64,000 nucleotides of DNA, from contig CAZAOV010000001.1 in assembly GCA_964486995.1 (NCBI GenBank), positions 95,168 to 159,167 of the forward strand, in the 5' to 3' direction. This document shows, piece by piece, positions 21,313 through 32,291 of this stretch. Source of the DNA: an uncultured Gammaproteobacteria bacterium (GTDB lineage: Bacteria > Patescibacteriota > Patescibacteriia > SG8-24). The translations under genes were made by a program, and so were the position numbers. The stretch's first letter is position 1. Every line of letters begins with the position of its first letter. The notes under the pieces were generated by a model. The model saw only the letters and a list, made by a program, of their open reading frames with translations, was not told where the DNA came from and did no database searches.

Positions 21313-21945
21313 ATGCGAATCAACAAGCGCATCATAGCTTCTACCATAATGCTGCTGCTCCTGACCGGAGGAGTAATTGGAGCAGTCGTGATTCCGACCG
21401 TATTGGGCATCAGACAAATTGAAGAGGAAATCAAACTACAAGAAAGCGAAATAGAGCGACAGTACACGCTGAGAAATTACGTTAGGCGTACCTTCTCAGA
21501 ACTGAGCACCGCAGAGATACAGCTAGACACAATCAGACATACCTATATCTATGAGGGGGAAGAGCTGAATTTTATACAAGCGCTGGAAGAGGCGGCCAGA
21601 ATGTCCGGCATTACCCAAACTATCAGCTTGAATACCGAGAGCGCGACCGAAATAACGCTCTGGGATAAAATGATTCCAATCAAAATTAAAGTCAGCGGTC
21701 CTTTCCCGAGCGTGATGAGCTGGTTGAATGAAATCGAACACCTGGACTATTACGTTATATTCAATTCGTTCAATATCAACTCTACCCAAACTGCAGGCGG
21801 CATCATGGGAGCAACCGGAAATGTAAATGCGCTTTTTTCTGGTAATGTCTATTGGATATCAAAAGATGCACCCTATCACCTTGACCTAGACAGGTCGTTA
21901 AACCTACCGCCCGAATCAACGACCAAAGAGGAAATCGCCACATAA
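21313..21945 (+). CDS. pilO: PilO-like protein
   Basis: TM, coiled coil, then IKVSGPF..VMSWLNEIE; follows pilN. Confidence 0.75.
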   Translation: MRINKRIIASTIMLLLLTGGVIGAVVIPTVLGIRQIEEEIKLQESEIERQYTLRNYVRRTFSELSTAEIQLDTIRHTYIYEGEELNFIQALEEAARMSGITQTISLNTESATEITLWDKMIPIKIKVSGPFPSVMSWLNEIEHLDYYVIFNSFNINSTQTAGGIMGATGNVNALFSGNVYWISKDAPYHLDLDRSLNLPPESTTKEEIAT

Positions 21946-21947
21946 CT

Positions 21948-22319
21948 ATGGCAAAAAAACGCAAAAAAACTAACGAGCAAAAGGTCAGCCGCGGTAAGAT
22001 TAGAATGGTTGCTAGCATTCTAATGGTTACTGTATCTCTCTGCTGTATCGTGGCGACCGGCGTCTTTGTGCACCAAACTATCGAACGTATTACGGTTAAT
22101 GCGTTTAAGCTGACGGAAGAAGACAGGGAATCAGTAGAAACCATAGAGCTGGAGCTGTTGTCTGAACTGGAGAAAAAAATTAAGGCCAAGAATGCATTAG
22201 ATGTGCCCCGCGAAGGACGCCTGCGAAACCCGTTCAGCGAACGACTCCCCATAGATCCACCTGTACCGTTAAAAACCGACGAAGTGCAGACTCCGGTTGA
22301 TGCGCGGCCCGTTCAATAG
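21948..22319 (+). CDS. single-TM pilus-associated protein (PilP position)
   Basis: One TM segment and RNPF motif; last gene of the operon. Confidence 0.65.
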   Translation: MAKKRKKTNEQKVSRGKIRMVASILMVTVSLCCIVATGVFVHQTIERITVNAFKLTEEDRESVETIELELLSELEKKIKAKNALDVPREGRLRNPFSERLPIDPPVPLKTDEVQTPVDARPVQ

Positions 22320-22345
22320 ACGATGCAAATCTGCTTAAAACGTTA

Positions 22346-22368
22346 AAAACCGAGCACTGCTCGGTTTT
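22346..22368. terminator. bidirectional terminator
   Basis: AAAACCGAGCA-c-TGCTCGGTTTT between convergent genes. Confidence 0.75.
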
Positions 22369-22415
22369 CGCTTCTTCTTGGCGCTTTTGGTCATTTGATG
22401 GTGCTTTTTTATTTT

Positions 22416-23573
22416 CTATAGAATCTGCTTGAGAACTGACAGTACCTGTTCAATATCCGCCTCGGCGGTGAACCGACCGAACGACAATCTTATCCCGCCA
22501 CGACGCGCTGACTGCCCCGTACGAATCTCCTGAAGTATGGATGCAGTTTTTCTTGTGCCAGCGTCACATGCGGAACCAGATGATGCCGCGATGCCAGCTG
22601 CATCTAATTTTATCGTCAAAATATCGCCTTCTTCTTTGGCCGACGATGCATACAAGATTCCGGGTAGTGTTTTATTGGCGTCACCAACCGGAGTCAGATT
22701 TTTTGTAGCACGAATCCCCTCGCGTAACCGTCGTGAAAGACGAACTAATTTTTCGCGGTCAGCTAATCGTTCTTGCTGCAATATTTCCGCGGCTTTTCCG
22801 AGCCCAATTATGCCCTGAACATTTTCTGTTCCGGCGCGCAGACCTGATTCATGTTCGCCTCCCATGATAAGCGGCGCAATTTCAATCCCTTGCCGAACAT
22901 ACAACGCCCCCACGCCCTTGGGTCCGTAAAGCTTGTGGCCGGACAGAGTCAAAATATCAATACCAGCCTCCATCGGATGAATTTCTTCTGTTCGCAGCGC
23001 CTGTACCGCATCGGACATCAACACAAACGGCAACGAATCTTCTCCCCTGTTTTTTCGCTGCTCTTTGATGAACTTGGCAATATCTTCCACCGGTTGAATC
23101 GCGCCCATGACGTTGTTCGCCCACATTACGCATACCATCACGGTCGATTCTTTAACAATCTCAGGTAAAAATTCAGTTCGCACAACACCATCGGCATCAA
23201 CCGACAGGCGATCAATTTCGATATTAAACTCTGATTCCAGCCGACCTAAAGCAGCACGAACAGAAGGATGCTCAACCGCAGAAACAAGCAGATGCAATTC
23301 CCTCTCCGCACCAAACAATTCTCGTAGCCGCTTGAAGTACCCGAACAGGGCGGTATTGTTCGCTTCAGTCGCACCGGACGTAAAAACAACGCAGTGCGGT
23401 TCCGCATCCAACAGATTCGCTACATTGGTCCGGGCCTCATCGATTGCTTTGCGCACCATCCGACCAGCCATATGAATGGAGGACGGATTTCCGGTCATAT
23501 TCAAAGATTCCGCCATCGTCTCGCGAACACGCGAATCAACCGGATTCGACGCTGCATAATCAAGATAAATCAT
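22416..23573 (-). CDS. iscS: cysteine desulfurase (IscS/NifS family)
   Basis: IYLDYAA, GNPSSIH, SGHKLYGPKG and SSGSAC motifs. Confidence 0.9.
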   Translation of the reverse strand: MIYLDYAASNPVDSRVRETMAESLNMTGNPSSIHMAGRMVRKAIDEARTNVANLLDAEPHCVVFTSGATEANNTALFGYFKRLRELFGAERELHLLVSAVEHPSVRAALGRLESEFNIEIDRLSVDADGVVRTEFLPEIVKESTVMVCVMWANNVMGAIQPVEDIAKFIKEQRKNRGEDSLPFVLMSDAVQALRTEEIHPMEAGIDILTLSGHKLYGPKGVGALYVRQGIEIAPLIMGGEHESGLRAGTENVQGIIGLGKAAEILQQERLADREKLVRLSRRLREGIRATKNLTPVGDANKTLPGILYASSAKEEGDILTIKLDAAGIAASSGSACDAGTRKTASILQEIRTGQSARRGGIRLSFGRFTAEADIEQVLSVLKQIL

Positions 23574-23800
23574 TAGTCCTGCGCCAGCTCAACGCGCTTA
23601 ATTTCCGGCATCTCTTCGACGACTGTTTTTTGTATCCCCTGCTTTAGGGTCATCTGGGCAAACGGACAGCCGGCACAATGCCCCAAAAACTTGACGTACA
23701 AAGTGCCGGTTTCACCATCAAACGAAACCACCTCCACATCGCCACCGTCCTGCTGAAGAGCCGGTCGGATTTTATCTAATATCTTATTTATGTCTTCCAT
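23573..23800 (-). CDS. NifU/Nfu C-terminal domain protein
   Basis: IRPALQQDGGD and GHCAGCP motifs. Confidence 0.9.
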   Translation of the reverse strand: MEDINKILDKIRPALQQDGGDVEVVSFDGETGTLYVKFLGHCAGCPFAQMTLKQGIQKTVVEEMPEIKRVELAQD

Positions 23801-23931
23801 AATATATATGATTAAAGTGCGATTATTCTGCCATAAATCCAGTCCGTGGTCAATTATCCACAGCTAGCACCTGTTGCGAAAACAGATAGTTGCTATCTTT
23901 TAAGCATGTACTTTTTTATTGGAGGTATTAA

Positions 23932-24267
23932 ATGATTGGCCGCACCGACCTTGAAGATCTCCAGAAAGCTCTAGTGGAGATTCAGGGCATGTATCCAGTA
24001 GGCGCCGTCGGCATCATGGAGAACGGTGAAGACAACGTCCTGGTGCAAATCATCGACCATGGAGTGATTCCTAAGTGCGACGAAACCGCACCAGCACACT
24101 CAACATTGACGCTAGCCATTGCTTATGGCACTGTGGGTCGGCTTCCTCTGGGGCGCCAAGCGGACATGCGGGTGTTTCCGCAAATCCACGAACACGGCAT
24201 CCGTGGCATGAAACTAACCACGTATCCGGTGACGTATCTATGCACCGATACGCCGGCGACCGAGTAA
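23932..24267 (+). CDS. hypothetical protein
   Basis: 111-aa ORF with GGAGG SD and a downstream terminator. Confidence 0.7.
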   Translation: MIGRTDLEDLQKALVEIQGMYPVGAVGIMENGEDNVLVQIIDHGVIPKCDETAPAHSTLTLAIAYGTVGRLPLGRQADMRVFPQIHEHGIRGMKLTTYPVTYLCTDTPATE

Positions 24268-24268
24268 T

Positions 24269-24303
24269 AAATATCCCCCGGGCTTGCATCCGGGGTATTT
24301 TTT
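24269..24303 (+). terminator. intrinsic terminator
   Basis: CCCCGGG/TCCGGGG stem followed by T-run. Confidence 0.6.
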
Positions 24304-24406
24304 AATGCCGACTTTGCCGAACCTTACCCTATCGCCTCGCGTTCCGCTGGAACTCCATCCGGGATTTCTCGGGATACAAAAAACCAACTCGATCGAGGTG
24401 GTCTTA

Positions 24407-24688
24407 TTATCTGATTACATAACGAATCGGCACCGTACCGTAATTACCGGTGTAGCTTTCTTCCGGCAAATCGACGGCGGTTCGCGCCAACGAGCAGTCG
24501 CCTGCGATTGGCTGCAACTCTATTTCTAGCTCCAAACCGTGTTCGACCAACAGGCCAAAGCCACAACATAAGTAAGTCTGGTTTGTTGTCGCGAGCCGCC
24601 CAGCCTGGGCTTTCAGAATGAATGGGGCATAACGCTTACGAAACTCTTCAGCCAGCAATCGGGCTCGGGTAAAATTAAGCTTTGACAT
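24407..24688 (-). CDS. hypothetical protein
   Basis: 93-aa ORF with GGAGG SD; TTGAAA-17-TATATT promoter at 24920-24892. Confidence 0.55.
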   Translation of the reverse strand: MSKLNFTRARLLAEEFRKRYAPFILKAQAGRLATTNQTYLCCGFGLLVEHGLELEIELQPIAGDCSLARTAVDLPEESYTGNYGTVPIRYVIR

Positions 24689-24938
24689 CAGTACGCCTCC
24701 GATGGTACGTATTCGTCACATGTCACTTAGCGAATCGAGGAACTAACGCGCGCACCCATGTAATAACCAGCTGAGATGTGCGTCCAGCCAGGAAAGAGAT
24801 CATGTCCATTCTCTAAAGATGGATGACATCAATCTAGACAGCGGTGCACGGATTTGGCTAAAAAGAACTATTATTTTGATGCTCGCTCAGTAATATAGCG
24901 ACAAGCTAAATAACTTTCAACCGCCTTATTTAGCCCTA

Positions 24939-24967
24939 TTGACAACTGAGCTGAAATTCTGTAATCT
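24939..24967 (+). promoter_or_regulatory. rpmA promoter
   Basis: TTGACA-17-TAATCT. Confidence 0.6.
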
Positions 24968-25023
24968 AAGCATCGCAATAAACACATCTGGTGCTTAGCA
25001 CCACCATCGCTTGAAATTAACCT

Positions 25024-25302
25024 ATGGCACATAAAAAAGCATCAGGCTCCACAAGACTGGGACGCGACTCCGAATCCAAGCGTCTTGGCGTTAAGCTGTA
25101 CGAAGGACAGACAGCAAAAGACGGCAGTATCATTATCCGGCAGCGCGGCACCAAGTTCCGTGCCGGAGATAACGTAATGCGCGGCAAGGACGACACTTTG
25201 TTTGCCACCGCTACCGGCACTGTTCGCTTCAACAAAAAGCTGGTTCGCAAGTTCAACGACCGGTTGGAACAGACCACATTCGTTTCCGTGCTTCCAGCTT
25301 AA
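25024..25302 (+). CDS. rpmA: 50S ribosomal protein L27
   Basis: [13 protein letters not shown]...[14 protein letters not shown]. Confidence 0.98.
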   Translation: MAHKKASGSTRLGRDSESKRLGVKLYEGQTAKDGSIIIRQRGTKFRAGDNVMRGKDDTLFATATGTVRFNKKLVRKFNDRLEQTTFVSVLPA

Positions 25303-25320
25303 GAGTCATGCGATAAATCT

Positions 25321-25349
25321 AAAGCCGCCCGGCATATCCGGGCGGTTTT
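25321..25349. terminator. bidirectional terminator
   Basis: CCGCCCGG/CCGGGCGG stem between rpmA and pyrG. Confidence 0.75.
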
Positions 25350-25388
25350 GATTATAAGCTGACGATTCTTTGAGATGCTACTATTTTC

Positions 25389-27080
25389 TTACTTCTTCTT
25401 TTTCGGAGTAGACTTCCGTTTAGCCGAAGATTTTTTTCTTGTTCGGGTTGCGGTTTTTTTCTTGTCGCCAATTGCAGCTTTAAGAAACGCCATAAATAGT
25501 GGGTGCGGTGCGAGTGGTCGCGACTTGAACTCCGGATGGAATTGCGTACCCACGAAGAACGGATGGTCCTTGAGTTCGACAATCTCTACCAAATTGCCGT
25601 CCGGCGAAGTGCCGGCAATTATCAGGCCGGCGTTGCGCAATTGCTCACGATAGGCGTTATTGAATTCATAGCGATGTCGATGGCGTTCGCTAACATCCTG
25701 ACGGCCGTATGCCTTGCGTGACACGGTTCCAGCGGCAAGCCTGCAATCATACGCCCCCAAACGCATCGAACCGCCGTATTTATTTTGTTCAATAAGCTTC
25801 TCCTGTCCGGGCATGGTATGAATCACTAGGTGCGGCGCCTTCTTGTCAATCTCCTCGGTGTTGGCCCCATGCAAACCAACCACGTTCCGAGCGTATTCAA
25901 CCGTAGCCAACTGCATGCCGTAGCACAGCCCAAAAAACGGAATCTTTTTCTCGCGCAGATATTTAATTGCTTTGATTTTGCCTTCGATACCCCGACTGCC
26001 GAAACCACCTGGGATAATAATGCCGTCGTAATCAGCCAACTTATGCACACCACGAGGATTCTTCTCGAACTCTTCGGCATTCAGCCACTCAATCACTGGC
26101 TTATGCCCCTGCTTCCACGCCGCATGCTTTACCGCTTCAATCACCGAAATATATGAATCGGCCAACGTAAACTCGCCGGAAGAAAAATATTTACCAACCA
26201 TGCCAATTCTCACCGGCTTCTCCGCATCTTTTATCGTATCCACGAACTTAGCCCATTCTCCTAAGTCACGCCGCCTCGGTTTCATTCCGAGCTTCTTCAG
26301 AATCTTCTTACCCAAACCTTCTGCCGCAAAATTAACCGGTACCTCATAGATTGAATTGACGTCGGGAGCAGAAATTACCTCATCCTCACTGACGTTGCAA
26401 AAAATAGATAGCTTGCGACGGCGCGGCGCGTCAAGCGGCTGTTCGGCGCGAGCCATAATATAGTCTGGCTGAATTCCAGCTGAATTTACGGTGCGTACGG
26501 CATATTGCGTCGGTTTTGTCTTCATTTCGCCGGTATTCTTAGGAATCGGCAGGTAGCTCACCAAGATGAACAGCACATCTCTCGGTGCGGCCAACTTCAT
26601 CATGCGAGCCGCTTCTAGGAACAAGATATTTTGATATTCGCCAACCGTTCCGCCAATCTCGATCATTGTGAAATCAGCTTTGGACCTGCGCTGAGCCTCC
26701 TTTATTCGTCGAATTATCTCTTCCGGAACATGTGGCACCACCTCGACACAGCGTCCACCGTATTCCAAATTGCGCTCTTTCTCTATCACGGTCTGATAAA
26801 CTCGACCGGTGGTCATGTAATTCACCGCATGAATGTCTGTATTCAGGAATCGTTCATAATTTCCGATGTCTTGATCGGTCTCATCTCCGTCATCGGTCAC
26901 AAATACCTCGCCGTGTTCTACTGGATTCATCGTACCGGCATCGACGTTAACGTATGGATCGACTTTTACTGCAGTCACGTTGTAGCCATAACTCTGCAAT
27001 ATGCGTCCAACCGATGCGGTGGCCGCCCCCTTACCGACGCCGCTCATCACACCGCCGATTACGAAGATATATTTCGGCAT
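25389..27080 (-). CDS. pyrG: CTP synthase
   Basis: GGVMSGVGKG, DPYVNVDAGTM, KTKPTQ, GLCYGMQ, QFHPE. Confidence 0.98.
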   Translation of the reverse strand: MPKYIFVIGGVMSGVGKGAATASVGRILQSYGYNVTAVKVDPYVNVDAGTMNPVEHGEVFVTDDGDETDQDIGNYERFLNTDIHAVNYMTTGRVYQTVIEKERNLEYGGRCVEVVPHVPEEIIRRIKEAQRRSKADFTMIEIGGTVGEYQNILFLEAARMMKLAAPRDVLFILVSYLPIPKNTGEMKTKPTQYAVRTVNSAGIQPDYIMARAEQPLDAPRRRKLSIFCNVSEDEVISAPDVNSIYEVPVNFAAEGLGKKILKKLGMKPRRRDLGEWAKFVDTIKDAEKPVRIGMVGKYFSSGEFTLADSYISVIEAVKHAAWKQGHKPVIEWLNAEEFEKNPRGVHKLADYDGIIIPGGFGSRGIEGKIKAIKYLREKKIPFFGLCYGMQLATVEYARNVVGLHGANTEEIDKKAPHLVIHTMPGQEKLIEQNKYGGSMRLGAYDCRLAAGTVSRKAYGRQDVSERHRHRYEFNNAYREQLRNAGLIIAGTSPDGNLVEIVELKDHPFFVGTQFHPEFKSRPLAPHPLFMAFLKAAIGDKKKTATRTRKKSSAKRKSTPKKKK

Positions 27081-27090
27081 AATTATCTAG

Positions 27091-27537
27091 TTATTTTTCC
27101 TTGGGAATGATTGATATTTTAACTTCGGCCACTCGTTCTTTGGTGACGTAAATTTTGATGTGGCAGTCACCGGGTTCTTTGACGGGCTGTTCCATTTCGG
27201 CTCGCTCGATTTCTATGCCGGTCTCATTTTGAATGAATTCCGCCACTCGCTCCGGCGTGACCGCTTGATATAACTTTCCGGACGGTGCCACCAGCTCCTC
27301 GAAAACGATATCCAGCTCGCCAATCGCTTTGGCGTTCCTCTTGGCGCGCATTTTCATTCGTTGTTCTTTCTTGGCCGCGTCTTTACTGGCTTGCGCGACC
27401 GACTTGGCGGCCCTGGCGCTCTCCGGCACCGCTAGACCTTGTGGAATCAGAAAGTTCCGCGCATGTCCATCGGAAACCTCTTTGACCTCGCCTTTCTGGC
27501 CGGTTCCCTTAACCTCTTTAAGTAAGATGACTTTCAT
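27091..27537 (-). CDS. rplI: 50S ribosomal protein L9
   Basis: [25 protein letters not shown]; ATG at 27537. Confidence 0.93.
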   Translation of the reverse strand: MKVILLKEVKGTGQKGEVKEVSDGHARNFLIPQGLAVPESARAAKSVAQASKDAAKKEQRMKMRAKRNAKAIGELDIVFEELVAPSGKLYQAVTPERVAEFIQNETGIEIERAEMEQPVKEPGDCHIKIYVTKERVAEVKISIIPKEK

Positions 27538-27550
27538 ACGCTCAGACAAA

Positions 27551-28102
27551 TTACTTCTTGTTGTTATTCTTAATCTTCTTGAGAACCTCCACAGCCTTAT
27601 CAATTACATCGTTGACATCCTTATAGGTAGATTTTTTCTTCAGCTGGCTAACCGGTACCCAGACAATCTTACGAATCCTCTCTTTCTTCTGTGGTTTGCC
27701 CCATGCCTTAGATGCCGCTTCCATCAGAAAAAAATGAACGAACTTATGCACCAGCATACCGCGCGTGGCCGGTCGATACTGATCGCGAAAATAAAAATCT
27801 ATCTTACCGAGCGGCGCCTTCACCCGCAGGCTGCGCAAGCCCATTTCTTCTTTGGCCTCACGAACCGCGGCCTGCCGAATGGTCTCGCCCTTCTCCACGT
27901 GCCCCTTGGCGAACGCCCATTTACCGAAAGGATCCAACAACAAAGCGACACGCACCCCTTTCGGGGTGCGCCTGAACACTATGCCACCAGCGGAGATTTC
28001 AACTCTGGACTTCTCGCCCTTGTTTGCTGGCTGGTGCGCTCGGACCGGTTTCTTTTTGGGCGCTCGAGCGCTAACTCGTTTTTTGCCTGCCTTGGCCGGC
28101 AT
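27551..28102 (-). CDS. NUDIX hydrolase
   Basis: Nudix box [23 protein letters not shown]; basic N-terminal tail. Confidence 0.9.
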   Translation of the reverse strand: MPAKAGKKRVSARAPKKKPVRAHQPANKGEKSRVEISAGGIVFRRTPKGVRVALLLDPFGKWAFAKGHVEKGETIRQAAVREAKEEMGLRSLRVKAPLGKIDFYFRDQYRPATRGMLVHKFVHFFLMEAASKAWGKPQKKERIRKIVWVPVSQLKKKSTYKDVNDVIDKAVEVLKKIKNNNKK

Positions 28103-28103
28103 A

Positions 28104-29381
28104 TTACCTAGTGTCAGTAAGTTCCCTTAGCTCTTCTATCGCTCGATCCATTTGCGGATCAAGATTATTATTAAAGTCCTCAACCGTCATCTCCACAATC
28201 TCATCTGGCGTAATGCCCTCCTTTTCTATTGACTGTCCACCCGGAGTCAACCACAGAGCGATAGTGATTTTGAGCGCCGATCCATCATCAAATTCAACGT
28301 AGTCCTGTACCGATCCCTTGCCAAAAGTCTGCTCGCCAACCAGTATCGCCCTATCATAATGTTGTAATGCTCCAGACACAATCTCCGACGCCGAAGCTGA
28401 GCCACCGTTAACCAGCACAACGGTCGGCATTTCAGTGAAGCGTGAGTTACCGTTGGAGGTGTAATTTCGCAACGAACCGTCGCTGAACTTCTCCTGCACC
28501 ACCACATCGCGCTGAATCCATTCACCGGCTACATCCACAGCGGTATCCAAGAATCCGCCCGGGTTGTTGCGCAAATCCAATATCACACCGTCCGGATTCT
28601 CCAGTAAAATCGACTGCACCGCCTCTTCAAATGCCGGCATGGTGGATTCGTTAAAGTGGAATATTTCGATCAGCCCATAGCGCAAACCGTCCTGCTCCTC
28701 GATTCGCCAACGTGTCGAAATAACATAAATGGTATCGCGTATAATGGAGACTTCGGACGGCTCCTCGCCTTCACGACCAATCGTCAGTATAACTTCCTCT
28801 CCCTTGGGACCGCGGATGCGTCGCACCGCCTCATCAGTTGACATACCATAGGTTTCCACATCGTCAATCGCTAAAATTATGTCTCCCGCCATCAGCCCAG
28901 CACGTTCCGCTGGAGTATCGGGCAACGGAGCAATTATTTTCAACAAATCTTGTTTGATGCCTATTTCCGCACCAATCCCCTCAAAAGTACCGGACAGCTC
29001 AGACTCGAACATCTCGGCAAAATGCGGATCCAGGAAAACAGAATACGGGTCTTGCAACGCACCTACCATGCCGGAAATAGCGCCGTAAAATAGGTCAGTC
29101 TCATCAACCGGCTGTTCGACGTGCCGACTGCGGACAATCTCCCAAACATCCCAAAACCTTTCAAATTCAATTTTATTATCGACACTGGCCGGAACTTCGG
29201 TCTGACCGGATATGGTTTTGCGAATTATCTCAGCGACCTTGGTTTCGTCATGATTAGACTCGCCTATCGCAACCCCAAAAACGAAGGCGATAACAACTAG
29301 CGCAGCCACCGCTGCGCCGGTCGCATAACGTTTTAAGACGTCTGATTTCTTTTCTGATTTTTGTCGTAAATATTTCTCCAT
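28104..29381 (-). CDS. S41 carboxyl-terminal protease (CtpA family)
   Basis: DPYS, FEGIG PDZ, LDLRNNPGG, SASASE, FGKGSVQ; start 29381 or 29402. Confidence 0.93.
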   Translation of the reverse strand: MEKYLRQKSEKKSDVLKRYATGAAVAALVVIAFVFGVAIGESNHDETKVAEIIRKTISGQTEVPASVDNKIEFERFWDVWEIVRSRHVEQPVDETDLFYGAISGMVGALQDPYSVFLDPHFAEMFESELSGTFEGIGAEIGIKQDLLKIIAPLPDTPAERAGLMAGDIILAIDDVETYGMSTDEAVRRIRGPKGEEVILTIGREGEEPSEVSIIRDTIYVISTRWRIEEQDGLRYGLIEIFHFNESTMPAFEEAVQSILLENPDGVILDLRNNPGGFLDTAVDVAGEWIQRDVVVQEKFSDGSLRNYTSNGNSRFTEMPTVVLVNGGSASASEIVSGALQHYDRAILVGEQTFGKGSVQDYVEFDDGSALKITIALWLTPGGQSIEKEGITPDEIVEMTVEDFNNNLDPQMDRAIEELRELTDTR

Positions 29382-29533
29382 AATTCGCGGTAAGGATACC
29401 AATAGTGGAAGGTGAGGTCAAAGGGTGCTAGGGGGTTATTCGCCCTTCTAAACGACCGCACCGGAAACCTAATCTAAAAAATCGTAACCCCAAAAAACGC
29501 TTGGCGAATACGGAATCGTATTCGGGAGTCTGA

Positions 29534-30814
29534 CTATGTTTCCCTTCTTACGTCAGCACCAACAGCCTTGAGTCGCTCGTCTATTCTTTCGTATCCTCGA
29601 TCAATTACAGCGGCGTTGTGCAGGACTGTTTCTCCGGCCGCCACTAGTCCAGCAATCACTAGCGTAGCTCCAGCGCGCAAATCTAGTCCTCGAATCTCCT
29701 TGCCGTAAAGCGGCGTAGGGCCGGTGATTACTACACGGTGTGGATCGCAAATTGTGGCGTTAGCGCCCATCTTGGTTAGTTCGTTGATGTAGCCCAAGCG
29801 ACCCTCATACATCGGATCATGTATGAGCGACGTACCCGAACACTGCGTGGCCAATACACCAAACGGCGCTTGCAGGTCAGTCGGAAAACCGGGATAAGGT
29901 AACGTCTGCAATTTGAAAGCGTCAAGCTGTCCTGCTGCCGGCATCACCAGGGTGTCGCCCTTAATTTCAAAATTCACTCCGGCACGCCTGAGCTGCAACA
30001 AAATAATATCCAGATGTTCGGGCACTATACCGCGGATATTAAACGTGCCCTTGGTGAGTGCGCCGAGCACCGCGAAGGTTCCTACTTCGATTTGGTCTGG
30101 AATCACTCGACAAGTGGCACTATGCAGTTCCTTAACACCCTCGACCGTTAGGGTGTGTGTGCCAATTCCCCCTATCCTTGCACCGGCGGCGTTCAAAAAT
30201 TCGCACAGATTGGCGATATGCGGCTCTGCGGCCGCCAAACGAATAGTCGTAGAACCTTCAGCGAGTACTGCTGCCATGATCGCGTTTTCTGTGGCCGTTA
30301 CAGAAAATACTGGTAAAATTCCAACAGAGCCGGAACCAACCAGACCTGCAGTCGTTAATGTAAGCGTTCCATCTTCGTTGGTCTTGATATTGGCGTTTAA
30401 GCAGCTCAAAACTCGGAGATGGTCGTCAATCGGCCTGTTGCCAATGATACAACCACCCGGTTCCGGAATGGTGACTTCGTTGAATCGCGCCAACAGTGGA
30501 CCCATTAATAATATGGAGGAGCGCATTGCTTTTACGGACTGATTGTCTAACGTCCCGATGTCCGCCGCTGTCGTATCGATAGTCAGTGAATTGTCGGCTG
30601 ACCATTCAACTTTAGCTCCTAATGAACGTAAAATATCGAGCATACGCTCAACGTCTGATAGGTGCGGCACATTCTCTATAATGCATTCGCCGCTTACCAG
30701 TAGCGTGGCGGCGATAATCGGGGTGGCGGCATTTTTCATTCCGCCAACATGTATATCCCCCTCAAGCGGTCGACCGCCACGAATCACCATTCGAACCTGG
30801 TCATTTTCGACCAT
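29534..30814 (-). CDS. murA: UDP-GlcNAc 1-carboxyvinyltransferase
   Basis: GMKNAA, PGGCIIGNRP, PGFPTDLQ, DLRAG, IDRGYE. Confidence 0.96.
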   Translation of the reverse strand: MVENDQVRMVIRGGRPLEGDIHVGGMKNAATPIIAATLLVSGECIIENVPHLSDVERMLDILRSLGAKVEWSADNSLTIDTTAADIGTLDNQSVKAMRSSILLMGPLLARFNEVTIPEPGGCIIGNRPIDDHLRVLSCLNANIKTNEDGTLTLTTAGLVGSGSVGILPVFSVTATENAIMAAVLAEGSTTIRLAAAEPHIANLCEFLNAAGARIGGIGTHTLTVEGVKELHSATCRVIPDQIEVGTFAVLGALTKGTFNIRGIVPEHLDIILLQLRRAGVNFEIKGDTLVMPAAGQLDAFKLQTLPYPGFPTDLQAPFGVLATQCSGTSLIHDPMYEGRLGYINELTKMGANATICDPHRVVITGPTPLYGKEIRGLDLRAGATLVIAGLVAAGETVLHNAAVIDRGYERIDERLKAVGADVRRET

Positions 30815-30932
30815 ATATGATAAAAATTTATTTCAGCTAAACACGTTCAATGATACTTCTCTTGAATCCAATTGGCAAGGGGATACCTAAGGAGGCAGAA
30901 ATGCAAAGGGGTACGGGGTAAAATTTACGTAA

Positions 30933-32291
30933 ATGACCAAACTGAAACGATATATTCTAATCTCAGCACTAGTCGCGACGTTTGCTGTGGTGGCGCCGTT
31001 GGTTTTGTCGTTTGCATCGGGATATCGCTATAACTGGCAGAAAAAATCTATTGAGAAAACAGGAATTATCCGGGTGGATACCGAGCCGTCTGGGGCGACT
31101 TTGCTGATTAACGGCAAGAGAGCGAGCAAAACCACGCCGGTATCAGTGCCGCGACTGTTGCCAGAAGAGTACGAGGTGGAAATTGAGCTAGACGGGTACC
31201 TGCCCTGGAAAAAAACGCTGGCTGTCGAAAGCGGACGCACGACTTTTGCGAAAACCGTTACTTTGATTGAGGATGTGCTGCCGCGAATCATCCTTCGAAA
31301 AAACATTATCGAAAGCGTATTCAGCTCGGACGGCACCGCTATAGCCTATATTTCTACCGACGAACAATGGGCTGAACTAACGCACCGAGACTTTCGCACC
31401 GGCCAAAAGATGCTGTTGTCCCGATTCGGAATTGAAAAATATTCGAAACTGTCCCTATCAATGTCACCGGACGGCTCACATCTAATGATGATCGCCCTAA
31501 CGCCAGAAACGAATCAACGAACAATCACGGTTTACGAAATAGGCGTCACAAAAACCGCCACCACCATTAGCGAGCTACCTTCAACTTCTGATTTTAATTA
31601 CTGCTGGTCCGGAAACGACAGCGCCATATTAGCGACGGACAATAAATTATTTTTGGCCCGGGTCAACCAGGACGTCCAAGCCCTGTTCGCCACCTCACAA
31701 GAAAAAATCGTGGACGTGCATTGCACCAGAGACAACTACTGGCTGCTCCTGGAATCGGTCGATGGGTTGAAATTAACCAAACTTCCTAAAGAAAACCCGT
31801 TACTGCCCGTGCTCGTGAATACGTTACGGACAGATGAAAGACGTTTTGTCTCCGGCAAAGAAGACTTGCTGTGGCTGGGTGGCGACGGCTTGAGCGGAGG
31901 ATTAGCGCTGAACCCCCAAAACAACAGCTCCTTTCGCACACCAGAAGCTGCGGGAATGAAGTGGGAATACGCCGGGGACAACGGGCGGGTACTGCTATGG
32001 AACGATTTCGAAGTGTTCTTGATTGATTTTGTAAAACCAGAACCAGAACTCATTACTCGGTTAGGTACCCCTATTCTGGATGTGGCCTGGCACCCGGATG
32101 GCTCATACGCCTTATTTGTAACCGGCACCGGAGTAACCGCCATCGAAATAGACAGCCGCAACCGCCGCAATATTTTCCGTCTGGTGGAATTTGGCGCCGT
32201 AGATTCCATCGTGGTGTTAAAAGAGTCTAATCTCCTACGGTTTGTTGGCTCAATCGGGAATCAACGCGGGATTTATGAAAGGCCGTTATAA
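30933..32291 (+). CDS. PEGA-domain membrane-anchored protein with propeller-like C-terminus
   Basis: TM, GYRY, TEPSGA...TP....LLP..Y.VEI...GY..W; FSSDG/MSPDG/WHPDG repeats. Confidence 0.8.
   Translation: MTKLKRYILISALVATFAVVAPLVLSFASGYRYNWQKKSIEKTGIIRVDTEPSGATLLINGKRASKTTPVSVPRLLPEEYEVEIELDGYLPWKKTLAVESGRTTFAKTVTLIEDVLPRIILRKNIIESVFSSDGTAIAYISTDEQWAELTHRDFRTGQKMLLSRFGIEKYSKLSLSMSPDGSHLMMIALTPETNQRTITVYEIGVTKTATTISELPSTSDFNYCWSGNDSAILATDNKLFLARVNQDVQALFATSQEKIVDVHCTRDNYWLLLESVDGLKLTKLPKENPLLPVLVNTLRTDERRFVSGKEDLLWLGGDGLSGGLALNPQNNSSFRTPEAAGMKWEYAGDNGRVLLWNDFEVFLIDFVKPEPELITRLGTPILDVAWHPDGSYALFVTGTGVTAIEIDSRNRRNIFRLVEFGAVDSIVVLKESNLLRFVGSIGNQRGIYERPL

Noticed and set aside
24690-24885. Riboswitch or leader peptide in the ~200-nt leader
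   Set aside because: No recognisable aptamer or strong stems; a 28-codon ORF has no support.
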